Shown here in pieces: positions 27,017-41,100 of a DNA stretch of 64,000 bases. Source of the DNA: Paramecium tetraurelia (Eukaryota); contig CT868208.1 in NCBI GenBank assembly GCA_000165425.1, positions 372,001-436,000 of the forward strand. The letters run 5' to 3'. A model generated the notes under the pieces. That model was not told the DNA's origin. It saw only the letters and a list, made by a program, of their open reading frames with translations, and did no database searches. Numbering within the stretch: the first letter of the stretch is position 1; each line of letters starts with the position of its first letter. A program made the translations under genes and the position numbers.

Positions 27017-29265
27017 ATGAAAGTGTCCCTACAAGATTTCGGTTTTCATTAGCCCAATGCTCCTGAAGTTAACACCCCTAGGTCTTTGGAGGCGTGTAGA
27101 AGAGAAGGGATTAGTCCTAGTGAGATTGTTAAAGTTTCATTCGAGGAGTATCAAAAAAAGTACAGACTATCCAATTTGGATGCTAAGGGAATAGAGACTT
27201 ATTATAAACATTTTGAAGAGAAGAGGGAAGAAAAATATCGAGATCTTATCAAATAAAGACATATAGTTTTGGAGGATGAAAAGACAGGTAAAATAGTGTA
27301 ACAATTATAATTAGGATTGTGGAGTCAGGATGGATTAGGCAAGAGCAAAATGATTTCTAAATATTCCTAATAAGATGCTTCATCTTTGATTGAGAAAGAG
27401 AAGTAATAAATTGAGAAAATTAAGAAGAAATAGCAAAAAGAGATTGAAAATATGCTGGAGTTTGAATTGAAATTACAAGAGATTAAGGAATAAAATGAAA
27501 AGAAGATGCAGGATGAGAGGACGAAGTAGAAATAGAGAGAATTAGAATTGGAGAAGAAAAGAGCCTAATAGGAGGAAATCAAGAAATAAAAGGAGTTGCA
27601 GAAATAATAAAAAAAAGAACAAGAGGAATAGGCATTGAAGGATAGAATGAAATTACTTGAATCTAAGGAACAAGAACGTATTAAATAAGAGGAATTAAAA
27701 CAAAGATTAAGAGAAGAAGAAACCAAAAGAAAAGAGGATGAAAAGAAGGCATAGTAAGAAAAACTAAGAAAATTAAATGAGGAGAACATTAAATTATAAT
27801 TGGAAGCATTAGAAAAAAGAAAATAAGAAATGGATGAGAAGACTGAGTAGAGGAAGAAAATGATGGAAGAACAAAAAGAAAAGAAAAAGCAAGAGGCTGA
27901 AAAAGCAAGAATTGAAAATGAAGAAAGAATTAGATAAGCTAAAGAAAGAAATGAATAAGAAGTTCTAAGAGTTAAAGAAGATGTTGAAAAAAAATTATAA
28001 ATTAGTGAATAAAAACGATTGTAGTTTGAGGAAGAAAAGAGAAAAAAATTAGAATAGTAAAAAATTGAAGCTGAGTAACATGCAGAAATGATAAGGAAAG
28101 TCATTGAATAAAATGAATAAATGGAATTGGAGAAAAAAAAGGAGTACTTAAAAAAAATAGATGAGGCTGAAGAAAGAAGAAAATAATTAGAAAAAGAATA
28201 GGAAAGAGAGAAGGAGAAAAAGAGATAAGAAGAACATGAGAAAGAATAATAAAGACATTAAGTATTATTATAAAACGAACAAAGGTAAAAAGAGAGAATT
28301 GAAGAATTCTTGAAAAAGTTTTAAGATAAGGATGATAATTTATAAAAAATTCAATTTGAAAGATCTATTTAAATTACGGATAAAAGAAATTAAGATACAT
28401 TAAAGAGAATTGATAAAAGAGATAATGTTGAAAGAATCATGAAAAAATAAGAGTATGATAGAATGAAATTATAAGAAAAATTAAATGAGAAGATGGAAAG
28501 AGCTGATAAAATATAAGAAGATTTGGAATAATTGCTATTATAAAGATAAAATATGAGAAGGGAAATTGATAAGCAAAAAAGAGATCTTTTATTGAAATTA
28601 GAGAAAATTAGAGAAGGAAAGATTCCTCCTTCTGAAATTCAAAAGCAATTTGGTATTACAACTACTGATTTAAAGTCATAAACTTAAGAAGAATAATAAA
28701 ATTATGCCAGAAAATCATAATCTTAATCAATTAATAAAAGTAATAAAAAACTAATGACTTTAACTAAACCTTTTAGTACTGTAAGATCATCCAAAGGCTA
28801 AGATAAACTTCCTGAAATTAATTCATCATCCCCATAATTATAAGAATTATAGAATAATCAATTAAAAACTATAGAACAAGCATAATTACAATAATAACCA
28901 GATTAACAATAATGTAAATAATTTATTATAATGATTAAGAACAAAAAAAATCTCCAAAAAGAACTAAAAAATAAGAAATAGTCCAATCAAAACCAGCTGA
29001 GCCACCAAGTCCAGAAGTGTTATTTGAATTAAACTAAATAATTTAAAGATAAAATCAGGAGATAATGAGAGTCTTTATGGAGGAATAGGCAAATGAAAAT
29101 AGAAGAGATGATAAATTGAGAAATTGTAAATCTGAAAATAGGGCAAAATTAGAAAAGCTTTAAAGTTTAGAGAGATAAAAAGCCCAATAAAGGATTCAAA
29201 GGCTCTAAGAATAGCATTAATATGAATAACAGTAATTTAAATTAGCTCACAATGTAATAGACTGA
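27017..29265 (+). CDS. Large charged coiled-coil protein
   Basis: N-terminal NTPRSLEACRREGISP motif followed by several hundred E/K/Q/R-rich residues; two micro-introns; TGA 29263-29265. Confidence 0.8.
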
Positions 29266-29817
29266 TTTTATTTAATATTTTAGTGGAGAAAATTAATATA
29301 TTACTTTTTAATTATTATTAAAACATATTTTCTTCATTAGCAACTAGAACTATATTTTTATGAAAGAAAACTGCCTAATAGTTTATTTGTTATTAAATTA
29401 AATGAAAAATTTAAATAGTTAAAATACTTAATCTTCTTATTAAACAGATTTTTATAAACTACAAACAAGTAAGAAGAACAAATATATTCTTTATAAATCG
29501 TTTTATATTCTATTTATGTTAAATTAAAGTTAGATATTAATAAACTAAGAAGATCTTAGTCAGAATAAGGTTATATCAATTAAATAAAAATAATAATTGG
29601 AATAACTAACGCATTCTGATTTTAATTTCTAAAGTTTTCTTTTAAAATTTGCTATCTCAAGTTTGTAAAAGATACTCTTAAATTGGGATTGGTAATATAG
29701 GTAATAAAAACTCATTTTACATTTTATTAATTTAAACTTACATTTTGTTCTTTATCCTTTTTATAAAAAATTAAATTAGAAATAAATCAGATTGGTTTAT
29801 GATATTAATTTAATTAA

Positions 29818-30294
29818 ATGGGGTGTGCATGTTAATGTTTATCAATTGCATCCAAACAAAAGTAAAATAATTGTGATGAAGAAAGTGAATGCAACTCAAT
29901 TAAAAAGCCAATTTTTGAACATCCAAGACCGATTTTAGATTCTGTGAGTTCGATTTCCTCGTATTCTGATGAATATTCTTCTCGCCCTTTGCAAACTGTT
30001 GGTTAAATATAAACGTAGGATTGGATTTACCTAAATCAGAGTGATAATAAATACATGGAAAGAAGAGTTAATAGGAGGTTAAATGAAAACAGCTTGAGTC
30101 CACTCTAAAAGGAACATCTAAATACTTTTTCGGATTTGTCTGTAGAATTGATTGCTGAGGATCAAGTAAAATTGATAATTCCAACCAAAATCAAAAGGTG
30201 TTTGAATAGAAGAAGGGTTACTTCAAAGGTAGATTTATTGAATAAGGTAAAATAAATGAAGTACCAAGAAAAATTTAAAAGAAGAAAGACTTGA
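29818..30294 (+). CDS. Small protein with an N-terminal acylation-type MGCAC sequence (158 aa)
   Basis: Intronless ORF MGCACQCLS...KFKRRKT*. Gly2 plus nearby Cys residues suggests myristoylation/palmitoylation. Confidence 0.7.
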
Positions 30295-30321
30295 AGATCA
30301 TATTTTGCATTTTTTAATAAT

Positions 30322-30647
30322 TCAATCTCTCTTAATAAAATGATGTGTTATTTATTGCTACACCTTTTTTTGTCTGAGCAAACCGAAGTATAACTCTGGA
30401 TACATAATTAAACCAAATCCAAAGAAACTAATGAAGCCGGTTTGAAGGGGTCTTGATTTAATTCCTTTGACGGCTACTCCAATAGCCAAATTAACAACTG
30501 AGAGTCCAACCAAAAGATTAAATCTTGACTCAGGCTTTAAGTTGGTCACAATATCTGTCTTAAGTCCTTAGCTGGATCAATAAAAATACTTGTTAATTCC
30601 TCTCCAAATTCATTTAGTGGTTGATTAATTAAATCAAAATAACCCAT
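30322..30647 (-). CDS. Small two-TM hairpin membrane protein
   Basis: MGYFDLINQPLNEFGEELT, a 23-nt intron, then RLKTDIVTNLKPESRFNLLVGLSVVNLAIGVAVKGIKSRPLQTGFISFFGFGLIMYPELYFGLLRQKK. Confidence 0.7.
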
Positions 30648-30843
30648 AAATAATTATAATAATGAAATATTAATTTTACAAATTATTCTTTGAGTTAAAT
30701 TCTGTTATACAATGCAGGAAAAGTAATCAAAAATAAAATTACATTCTTCTTAATATTATCCCCAGAATATTAATCATGAATTTTTGATAAAACCAATCAG
30801 AGTTATCTCGAAAAAGTTAATTATTAATTTATTAACGGAAAAT

Positions 30844-33101
30844 ATGAATAAAACAAGATCAAGTTTTGCTACTTTACGAACGAAAACTCAAATTAATATG
30901 GCTAGCCAAGGAACCCTTCCTTGTCCATCACATCCTTCATTTAACATCTCCCACGTTTGTTTATGTACGACTTGCACATAATCAATTTCATTTTGTTCTG
31001 AATGTCTCTTTGAAACCTAGCATCAACAACACTTAGCTAAACATAAAGAACATATCGTCGGATGGAATGACTTAATGATTCTTTGTAGAAGGCAAAGTGT
31101 GTCAGGCAGATTGGGAGACGAGCCTTAAAAAGAATTGAATCAAATAGTGCTTTCCACCCAGGCTCATCAAGCTAGCTTTAAAACATATATCAAAAATTAG
31201 GAATAATTGATTAACAATGATTTTGATGGATTAATTACTAAATTTACAGAAATGATTAATAAAGTTAAGGCTGAATTTATGGCTCCATATAAAAACTATT
31301 TGTAAGATCTAATGGATATGGGAACTATATTGGAAAAATTAGTATCTGATTATTATTTAGAGAAAAATAAGGATTACAATAACGATTATGATAATTTCTT
31401 AAGTGAAGTTAGCAAGTTATAAGAACAGCAATCTTCTAATAAGAAAACCGATTAAAATCAATTTAATTTGAGAAAATTAATGTAGAATATAATACCTTTG
31501 GTAAGCAAGGCAAATGGTTAGTTTTAGAGAGCACTGTAATAATAAAATTTGAATGTAGAGGAGGGAGAATCTCAAAAGTCAGGATATTCATTATTCAGTA
31601 ATATGGCATTGAAGCAAAGTGATAATTAAGTCTTAAATGATTTGGTGAATGACTATAAAGTATTGTTAAACAGTAGACCTTGTTATAAAAATTAAGGATT
31701 AGCCTAATAAACATACAATGGAATGTAGGAGTTAATAGATAAATGCTATCACTCTTTAACTTAAGTAGACTTTATGTCTCCAGGCTATAAAAGTTAAATG
31801 ATTAAAATGAACAAAGAAAATATCAGTTTAAAGCAATAACTGGCCTCTCCAAAAGGTACTAAATACTTGGAAACTATCATTAAGGAATAGAGCACTAAAA
31901 CATTAAAATAGTTAACTAAATTAGAGGAAGATGAGGACGAAGTAAGAGAAATGCAATTAAAGCATAGATTGAGATAAACAACTTAATTAATTATATCAGA
32001 TCCACTAGCATCAATCTCATTTGTGAAGACGATCAAAACAACTCATAAATAGGGTATTAATTGTATGGTCCAATTTGATGATGATTTTATTGCTACTGGT
32101 TCAAATGATAGGACAGTCAAAATATATAGATATAGAGTTTATGAACTATTTAAGGAAATACAATTTAAGAGTGATGTGACATCCTTGGCTGTTTAAGTAA
32201 GAAAGGATGGTTCTTCTTTTTTAATCGTTGGTTTATTTAAGGATATTTGCATTTTGAATCAAGGCTTCGAAGTACTTAAGTCAATTGATAGAATTCATAA
32301 TGGTTAAATAAATTCTATTGTTTGTTTAGAAGATGCAACTACAATATTCAGTTGTGCACAAGGTGATAATAGATTACTATAATGGAATACTTAGAATGAT
32401 CAATAAAAAAAATATTTTGAGCATAGAGATTCTATTACATGTATGACATTACTTGGAGATCAATATATTGCATCAGGTGGAAAGGATAGAAACATAAAAG
32501 TGTACAAATAGACATACACAAATAACGTGTTTGAAAAATTGTAATTGTCTATGAGTTTGTCAGATGCCCATCCAACTGAAGTCACTAGTTTAGCTTATGG
32601 TGGAGGAAACATTCTTTATAGTAGTAGTGCTTCAGGGGAATTAAAGGTTTGGGACTTCATGGATGGAACTATGATTAAACAAGTTAAAAACTATGCTGGA
32701 TGGTGTTTCAGAATAATCAACTTCTAATTAGAAGAGGAACAGAATCCATAATAGAAGACTTAACTGTAAACTTCAATTCCATTATGTGGATCACCAAGAA
32801 GAAAGAAGTAGCCATCAAATGAATATGAATGCATTAAAAACAGCTTCATTGGTACTGTGAGTTTTGATGGCACTTTCAAAATATTCAATGGCAAAGCTTT
32901 GTTAAATGATAAGTAATAACATTTAATTAAATTATTAGTCCATAACCTATGATCACAACTCAACTGAAATCTTTGCATGATTGTCATCCATTTGGAGGAG
33001 TGTTGGCTATTAGAGATAGTATCACTGATAAGATTGATGTATTGAGTAGTGGCAACAAGAACGATTGCAATATTTAGTTGTATAGTTTAGCATAATCATG
33101 A
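30844..33101 (+). CDS. B-box-like Zn finger + coiled coil + WD40-repeat protein
   Basis: CPSH..VCLCTTC..FCSEC..H at the N-terminus; WD repeats IATGSNDRTVKIY, IASGGKDRNIKVY, SASGELKVWD. An in-frame upstream ATG at 30712 is also possible. Confidence 0.8.
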
Positions 33102-33147
33102 GTCAGTTTATATTATATACTAAGTTTACACAATTTTAATTAAATTT

Positions 33148-35034
33148 ATGAGAAAGATATTATCCTCAGCAATTGCCATAACTCTTAGACGTACTCCATT
33201 AGTAGTTCCATAACGTACATAACGAATAGCAGCTACTTTAATCTCTCTTCCATTAATAAGATATGGCTTTTAAGTACAAGATCCAAATAGATTAGACTCT
33301 AAATCTTAATGATGCCTATGAAGTTTCAATTGAGGATAATCTCAATGAAGGTGAAATGAGAGAAGTCTAAGTGGGTCCAAAAAAGGAAGATGCTGTTTTA
33401 GTATGCAAAGTGGATGGGCAGATCTATTGTGTTTCTAATTCATGTCCACATGTAGGAGCCCCCCTTTCTGCTGGATTCTTGGTTGGTGATAAGGTCAAAT
33501 GCCCATTTCATAATGCCAGTTTTTCAGTTAAAGATGGTGTGCATGAGGAAGGACCTATGTTTAGAGGATTATAAACATTCCCTGTCAAATAAGAAAATGG
33601 ATAATTAGTTATAAGAGTAGAGAAATAATTATTAAATGCTCCAAGAACATTGAATATGGTGACAAAAGGAGATGATCCTACACATGTTGTGATTGTTGGA
33701 GGAGGGTATGATTATCGATTAAATATATCAGAGTATCTGGTTAGAGTGCAGCTGAGACACTTCGTTAGGCTGGATTCAGAGGAAAGATTACTCTTATTAC
33801 AGCTGAAGATTCATTACCTTATGATAGAACACCTATGAGCAAGATGACATTTTTTGGTTAAATAATAGGGTTTTGTAAATAAGACCCCAATAATTTTATG
33901 AATAGTATGGAATAGATGTATTGACCAATACTACAGTTGAATCAATAGATATTAATAACTAAGATGTTGTAGTAGGAAAGGAGAAAATTCATTATGATAA
34001 ATTATTGTTGGCCACAGGTGGTACTGCTCGTAGACCTCAATTAGATGGAGTCAATTTAGGAAATGTTCATACTTTGAGATAATTCAATGATTTAGAATCT
34101 ATAAGAGACAAGGCAAAGACAGCAAAAAACATAGTTGTTGTTGGTGCTTCATTTATTGGTATGGAGACAGCTTCAGCTATCAAAAAGGAATTTAAAGATC
34201 AAGTCAATATCACAGTTGTTGATAGCACTACAGTACCATTTGAAAGAGTTCTTGGTAAAGAAGTTGGAGGATCTTTATAGAAATTACATGAAGCTAATGG
34301 AGTTGAATTTGAATTGAATGCTGGAGTCAAAAGAATTGGAGGAGTAGGTTAAGTATAAAGAGTTGATTTACTTAATGGAAAATCATTATAGGCTGACTTA
34401 GTCATTTTGGGAACTGGAATTCAGCCAAATAACAAATTGGTTAAAGATCAATTAAAAATATCTCCAAATGGTGGTATTGAAACAGATGTGTTCTTGAAGG
34501 CTGCCAAGAATGTTTATGCATCAGGAGATATCTCAAGTTATCCATATTGGGCCACTGGAGAACATGTCAGAATTGAACATCAAAATGAAGCTGTAAGATA
34601 AGGGTAACATAATTGATTAATAATATTAGATATGTTGCTGCTTTGAATATTTTAGGTAAACCAACACCTTTGACAGATGTACCATTCTTTTGGACAAGAT
34701 AATGGGATAGAACATTAGCTTATAGTGGAGTTGGCTAAGGATTTGATGAAGTTATTGTGGATGGAGACTTAACTCAATAGAAGTTTGTTGCTTATTACGC
34801 TAGAAAAGGACGTGTTGTAGCTTCTGCTAGTATGAACACTCCAAATGTATTTTATATTTAAATCATTTTTAGGCTTAAATGATTATATCAGAAGCATTAA
34901 GATTGAATGTTATGCCAAGTGCTGAAGATTTGAAGGAGAAGAAAGTCAGTTTAGATGATATTAAGAAGATTGTCTTAAGCAAAGGATCATCTTGCCATTG
35001 CAAACGTGCTGGATAGTGTTAGGCATAATTGTGA
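33148..35034 (+). CDS. AIFM3-like Rieske [2Fe-2S] / FAD-dependent pyridine nucleotide oxidoreductase
   Basis: Rieske CPHVGAPL..CPFH; VVIVGGGVSGQSAAETLRQAG; VVVGASFIGME; VYASGDIS; VPFFWT. Presequence-like N-terminus. Confidence 0.9.
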
Positions 35035-35088
35035 GTATGAAGTTAATAAATAAATCGAAATTAATTAAAATAATAATAAAACGTGTTA

Positions 35089-37581
35089 ATGAGACACATT
35101 ATTCTCATGTTGATCACGCAATGTTTTGCTGCTAATATTGATGTTTAGATCTCATACATAGATGCCCCCTTGATCAACATACATTGGTGTAGTGATACAG
35201 TCTTGGCACTCACATCCAAAGGATCTGTATATAGAAGTGATGATCGCGGTAGACAATGGATTAAAATGTCAGAGATATTTCATAGAAAAGCACTCATATA
35301 ACTTGAAAATTCAGATGAGAGAATCGGAATTGTAAATAATTTGGTTGCAAGTCCTGTTGATAAATAATTAATATTATTTACAGGAACAGATCAAATAGCT
35401 TGGATTTCCCTTGATTGTGGTAAAACAATAACAGCAGTTAATGCTGGAAAATAGTTGCGAGAATATCAATTCCATCCTCTGGAAAAAGATTGGATTATTG
35501 CTTCAGCTTGGAAATAATGTGGATCAGATGAGCTGTTAGCAGGAACACCTTGTGTTTCTTATAAGGAACTTCTCCTGAGTTAAGACACTGGAATTACATG
35601 GCATTCAATTGCGACTTATGTAAATCAATTTACTTGGGGTATCAAAAACAAAGAAATGGCTAAATATACTCCTAAGGAACGAATTCTAGCATCATTCGAA
35701 CCATAAGGCAAAGGACATCAATCTATAAGCAGTTGGAATATGGATTACAATTTATATTATAGTGATGACTTTTTCCAAACTCGTACTCTGAGTGTTCCGG
35801 CAGGTTCTAGATTTATGCTCACTGAGTCTTTCTTATTTGTTGCTAAAGTCACTTCCTAAGCAACATAAGAAGTCAGTCTATATGTCAGTGGCACTGAATT
35901 AGGGTAATACAAATATAGTGTAATTGATGCAGATTCGAAACTATTAGAACATTCCTATAGCATATTGGACACTTCAGAAAATCAAGTGTTTATGGTGGTC
36001 AATCATCTCAAACCATCTTCCCCTTTGGGAGTTATTTATATTAGTGATTCCACTGGTACTAGATACTCTAGATCTTTGGAGAATGTGTCAAGATTAGAAA
36101 ACAGCGCTGAGTTTTACAGAGTGTAAGGATTGGAAGGCATTTATTTAGCTAATGTTTATGCTGAAGATCAAGCTAAGATTTACACCAATTAAGTATTTGA
36201 ATCTATGGAAGAAGGTTTTTATGCTTAACAAAATGGATTCAAAGATGAAGATCTTAAAAAATACAAACAAACCAGGATTACTTTCGATAAAGGAGGATAA
36301 TGGGTCCCTTTGAAGGTATTATATTGATTTTCTATTTTTATTAGCCTCCAACAGTTGATGCTGATGGAAAACCAATCAATTGCAATAAGTGCTAATTACA
36401 TTTGCATCTTAGTTAAGCATTTTATTAATTCGCACCTATTTACACTGAAACCAATTCCATAGGTATTATTGTCGCAACAGGTTCTATTGGAAAGTACTTA
36501 AGTTATAGATAGGATTAAGTTAATACTTATCTGAGTAGAGATGGAGGGTTGACTTGGATTGAAATCAAAAAAGGATCATACATATATGAAATTAGTAATC
36601 ATGGAGGATTGATTGTTATGGCTAAAGATCAAGAAACTACTAATCAGATTGTCTATTCTTGGAATGGTGGTATGGAATGGACTCCATTCAATATTTTGGA
36701 TTAGAAGGCAGAAATTCAAAATATCATCACTGAACCTTAAAATAAAGGATCTAGATTTATTGCTTATGGAGCTATTTAATTAGAATCTAATGGCATCAAA
36801 ACTGAGTAGGGTTTATTGGCAACTATTGATCTGGATGAATTACATCAAAGAAATTGTATTGGATAAGACAAAGCAGGGGAAATTGGAAGTGATTATGAAT
36901 TGTGGACCCCTTCTGGCCTTGTCAATCCAGAGTGTTTATTTGGTAAAAAGGTTACTTATATGAGAAAAAGAAGAGAAGCTGCTTGTTACAATCCAGAATA
37001 ATTGGAAAGAATTATGAGTGTTACTCCATGTTAATGCTCTTAAGAAGATTATGAATGCGATCTAGGATTTGTTATGACTAATTAATAATGTACTCCAATC
37101 AATGGTACTTTAAATATTGATCCACCTGCTTAATGTGACGAATATTATACAGTGTCTAGTGGATATAGAAAGATTGCAGGAGATATTTGTGAAGGGGGAG
37201 TTGAGCATATTTCGATGAGATTCACTTGTCCCAATAATAAGAATTGGATATTTGATTGGTTGGTCATCGGTGGAATCTTGTTTGGATTATATTGGCTTTA
37301 CAATAATCAAGAGAAAGTAAAGGAATTCTTTGCTAGAACAGAGATGCGTGAAATACCATAGTCCAAATAAGAAGTAATATAATATCATTTATAGTTAGAT
37401 GTTGATCCAATAGATTTAATAAAGGTAGCCAAAATAATAATAACAATAACAATAACAATAACAATATTAACCAATTGATTTAGAATAGAATGAATAATAA
37501 GATTAAAAGTTTGATGAAGATTTGATTGAAAGAGATGATGATGTATAAATAGAAGATGAAACAGCTCATGAGTTGATTTGA
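35089..37581 (+). CDS. VPS10-domain receptor (sortilin)
   Basis: Signal peptide; Asp-box repeats (YRSDDRGRQW, SLDCGKT, TFDKGGQW, SRDGGLTW); Cys-rich 10CC region (CQCSQEDYECDLGF, GYRKIAGDICEGG); TM; acidic tail ending DETAHELI*. Confidence 0.93.
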
Positions 37582-37604
37582 ATATTTGGGTATAAATTAA
37601 TTTA

Positions 37605-38136
37605 ATGACTATTAATGGATTATTGATACCTAGTAAATTTATTCTAGTTTCCTGTCATTTCATTACATCGCTAATGGCTTATTATGGAGCTGTATCCAAC
37701 TCCTCATCTATTAGAAAGAAAACATCTTGGCTAATTTTCAACTCAAAACATATGACACCAATTCCGATGCATACACTACAGCCTATAATTCCATTGTCTC
37801 GTGCATCATAATTGGAATGATTGGTCTGGGTATCGAAATGATATTCATTATAACTGGAATTACCATGTTCTATGATACCAGCAATTTTTTAAGTAAAAGT
37901 TACTTAATTTCAATAAGTTATCTGTTTACACGCAGTTGGTATCATAGTTTACAGCGAGTTTATTATAGGAGCATGGCCTTACTACGAATTATGGTATTAT
38001 TGGGCAGCATTTATGTAAACTATTCGAAATGACTTATAGTTTGTTACCAGTTTTATTAGAGATAGTGGCAACTTGTTTTGGGAACATTCTGTACGGAACA
38101 GCTTTCAAAAGAAGGCTATCAAGAAAAGGGAATTGA
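37605..38136 (+). CDS. TMEM107: Ciliary transition-zone protein TMEM107
   Basis: After removing three micro-introns: GLLIPSKFILVSCH..ENILA..IEMIFIITGITMF..LHAVG..WYYW..LLPVLLE, matching the four-TM TMEM107 pattern. Confidence 0.85.
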
Positions 38137-38199
38137 TCATACATGATTATTAAATATCTATGAAATGGAATCACAAATATATATCTCATAAATATTTAA

Positions 38200-41100
38200 A
38201 TGTAAAATCAGCAACATCTCATCAGAGAAATTTATCTAAAGGATAAATCAAATGCGTTCCTCAGACAATAATGGGTTTAAGTCTTCGACTCACTTTTACC
38301 ACTACCATAAACCACTCTAATTGTTGATACTCTTTAGAAGATCGATACCCTCAAACATATATAAGAATTATTGTCGAAAACTAAAGCCATCACAGTGATA
38401 TCAGACACGAGTGAAGCCAATTACAATTGGTGTAATTTGGTCAACAAAAACTTCGAAGTTATTGTTGCAGATCTACGTGCAGAAACTAAATTGAACTCGT
38501 ATTAATACATTGGCATAAAATGGGTATGTATATGTGTTATTCTTAGTTATTAACAACAAAGGCCCAATTGGTGATAATATCAAACGATATAATATGCGAA
38601 CACCTAATTAATTGTTTTAACATTGCTTATGATAACATTATTGAAATTCCTTACTTGCAAACCCAATAAGATGAATTATTTTTAAGCATACCTTACGACT
38701 AAAAACTGACATATGTGTTATAATAGATAAAAAACTCTAATTCCGAGATTGATCGGGACATATTAGTATATTGTGAATCTTTGTACCAAATGGATTAAAT
38801 ATACTAAGCAATCTACTTTCATAATTAATTATCAGAATCAGAGGAATTCGAAGTGCATCAAATCATACCATTCTAATCGTACTATGAATAATTTGGTTAA
38901 CAATTGTTGGAAATGGTATATCCATAACAGAAGGGAAAAAGAAAGGTATTTTTGACACTAAATTACCAATAACTACAAAAGTATTTGTAAAATGTTCAAC
39001 AAAAAATATCATTAATCATTCATATGGGTTATTAGACTACAGTCAAGAAATTCTTAGAAGAAATCAATGCCATAGTTTATAAATAGTACAATCTCAGTAG
39101 ACATGATATCATCATTCGTAACAGAATTAGTTATTTTCCTAAAATCATTTATTTATTTGGATTTGACGAGTTCAAAGATTTAAAGGAACATAAATTGATT
39201 TTTGATGAAGAATTCACTTTCAATCCCCAAAATATCAAATTCTATGCCTAACAATTCAATGTCTAAATTGATTAATTGTAGAATGTAGTCGAATCAGAAT
39301 ATAGTTCTTTGTAAAACTATATTCCACTGATATATTATGAACCATTATTGGAGGCAGAGAATGAGACCTTTCATTATTACAGCAGTGTTGTCTCCACTCT
39401 TTTGACAGATGGAGAAATACTATCAGAAGGCAATGTGGAAAGTAAAAAGAATCCCTTTAAGAGTTTCCAAATTCATCAACAAAGGGAATCAATAATTAGA
39501 TCAAATCATTATTGGTCAAAGATGGGAGATATTACTTCATGGATTTAATTAATAAATAAATTTATCATTTTTATTGAAGATATCAATTCCAAAGATGATG
39601 AAAAAGAATAAGAAAATTCTAAAAATGAATTAATAAAATGGTGTAGATTATAAAACATCAACATTCCTAAAATGATATTGATTCTAGCCTATAATGAATA
39701 CATAATAGATTTAACTTAAAAATATGTATTAATATCTCCTTATTTAGGTCTCCGAATACTCAGTCATTAATAAATGTTGTTCACTTGATTAATTAAAATT
39801 GAATAGAACTGTCTCTTTAAAGAAACAATAATCAATGCCAGAACATTCAGAAGACATATAAGCCTGCTTATTAAGGCTATTTTATAAAGGACTAAGCATC
39901 TTTAGTGGACATAAGAGTGCTGGTTACTATAATTATGTTGCGAATCAGAAATTTAAATTATGCTATAACAATTTGATGGCTATCATTGGAGACTTCCCTC
40001 TAACTTGTATAGTTATGGCTTTGTTGTAAAAGAATCAGTAATATGAAATTAAATATTCTACCAAAATAGATGACATTATGATACCTCAATTAGCACCTAA
40101 AGCATTTGTCAAAGAACATAAACTACAATTCATCTAGAGATAATCCTTACATTTGAATGAAATAACCTTTAATGGCATTGGTCAAGTTCTATTTAATGAA
40201 TTATGGAAACATCAATCAGGTCCACAATTATCTTAGGATTGCATTTTACAACCTAACATCGAGATGAATTGTATTACAGTGTTGTATGATCCTAATGTGG
40301 CCAAAAAGGAGATTATAGAATAGGAGTTGAATAGTAGAATTAAAGAATTGCAGAACTTTTACAGAAATTAAGTCAAAGAAATACCTTATGAGAATGATTC
40401 TAAATTTATAATGCAAGCGTATAAATATATAATAATCATAATAGTGGTGGAAGCATGAAGGATTGGATTGAAAAAAGTGCTTACAAGACTTTCTTCATAG
40501 AAGGCCTACCTTTAGATATTACTCAGGAATTGCTATAAGAGTTCTTGTAGGAAGTGATTATTTCAGAAATGAAGCTGTATAAAGAGGGCGATAAAATAAC
40601 AGCCAGAATATCTCTATAAGATCATGATGATTTACTTTTTTGTTTGGAGAATATCAAAGAATACAAGGATAATTAATTGAAGGTTTATACTCAACAAGAT
40701 CAATTTGAACATAATGAAGAAAAACTACTTTTCAATGAGCATTACAAAATAATCATAACATGGAACTTACATTTAAATAAAGGTATTGCTATTGTCAAAT
40801 TGAATTCTCCACACCTATTTAATACAGAAGAATTTGAAACAATATAACATCTGACATATAAGATGAATCTTAAAAGTGTTTACGAGGATGAGTAAACAGT
40901 ATTAGCAGATTTAAAATAACAACATAAAGATATTGATATAAAATCAGTCACAATAGATAAATAATTAAGATATGAAAATAATGGAGATCTCTAATTAGAA
41001 ATACAAAAACTATTATCTAATATTCCTCAAGACAAATATAAAATAGACTCGATTACAAAATAAAATTGTAAAAGAATTTTGACTCTCAATGTTTATGACA

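Noticed and set aside
27565..28104. 179-aa hydrophobic minus-strand ORF in the supplied track (also 15579-15764, 11530-11781, 59368-59616)
   Set aside because: These are antisense shadows of purine-rich coiled-coil or RGG coding sequence on the opposite strand; the F/S/L-rich composition is an artefact.
29360..29947. Long code-6 open frame across the 550-nt spacer
   Set aside because: With only one stop codon, long AT-rich open frames arise by chance; it has no domain and overlaps the MGCAC gene out of frame.
37435..37470. (TAACAA)n and (TAA)n microsatellite-like runs here and at 1-400
   Set aside because: These are in-frame poly-Gln codons under the ciliate code.
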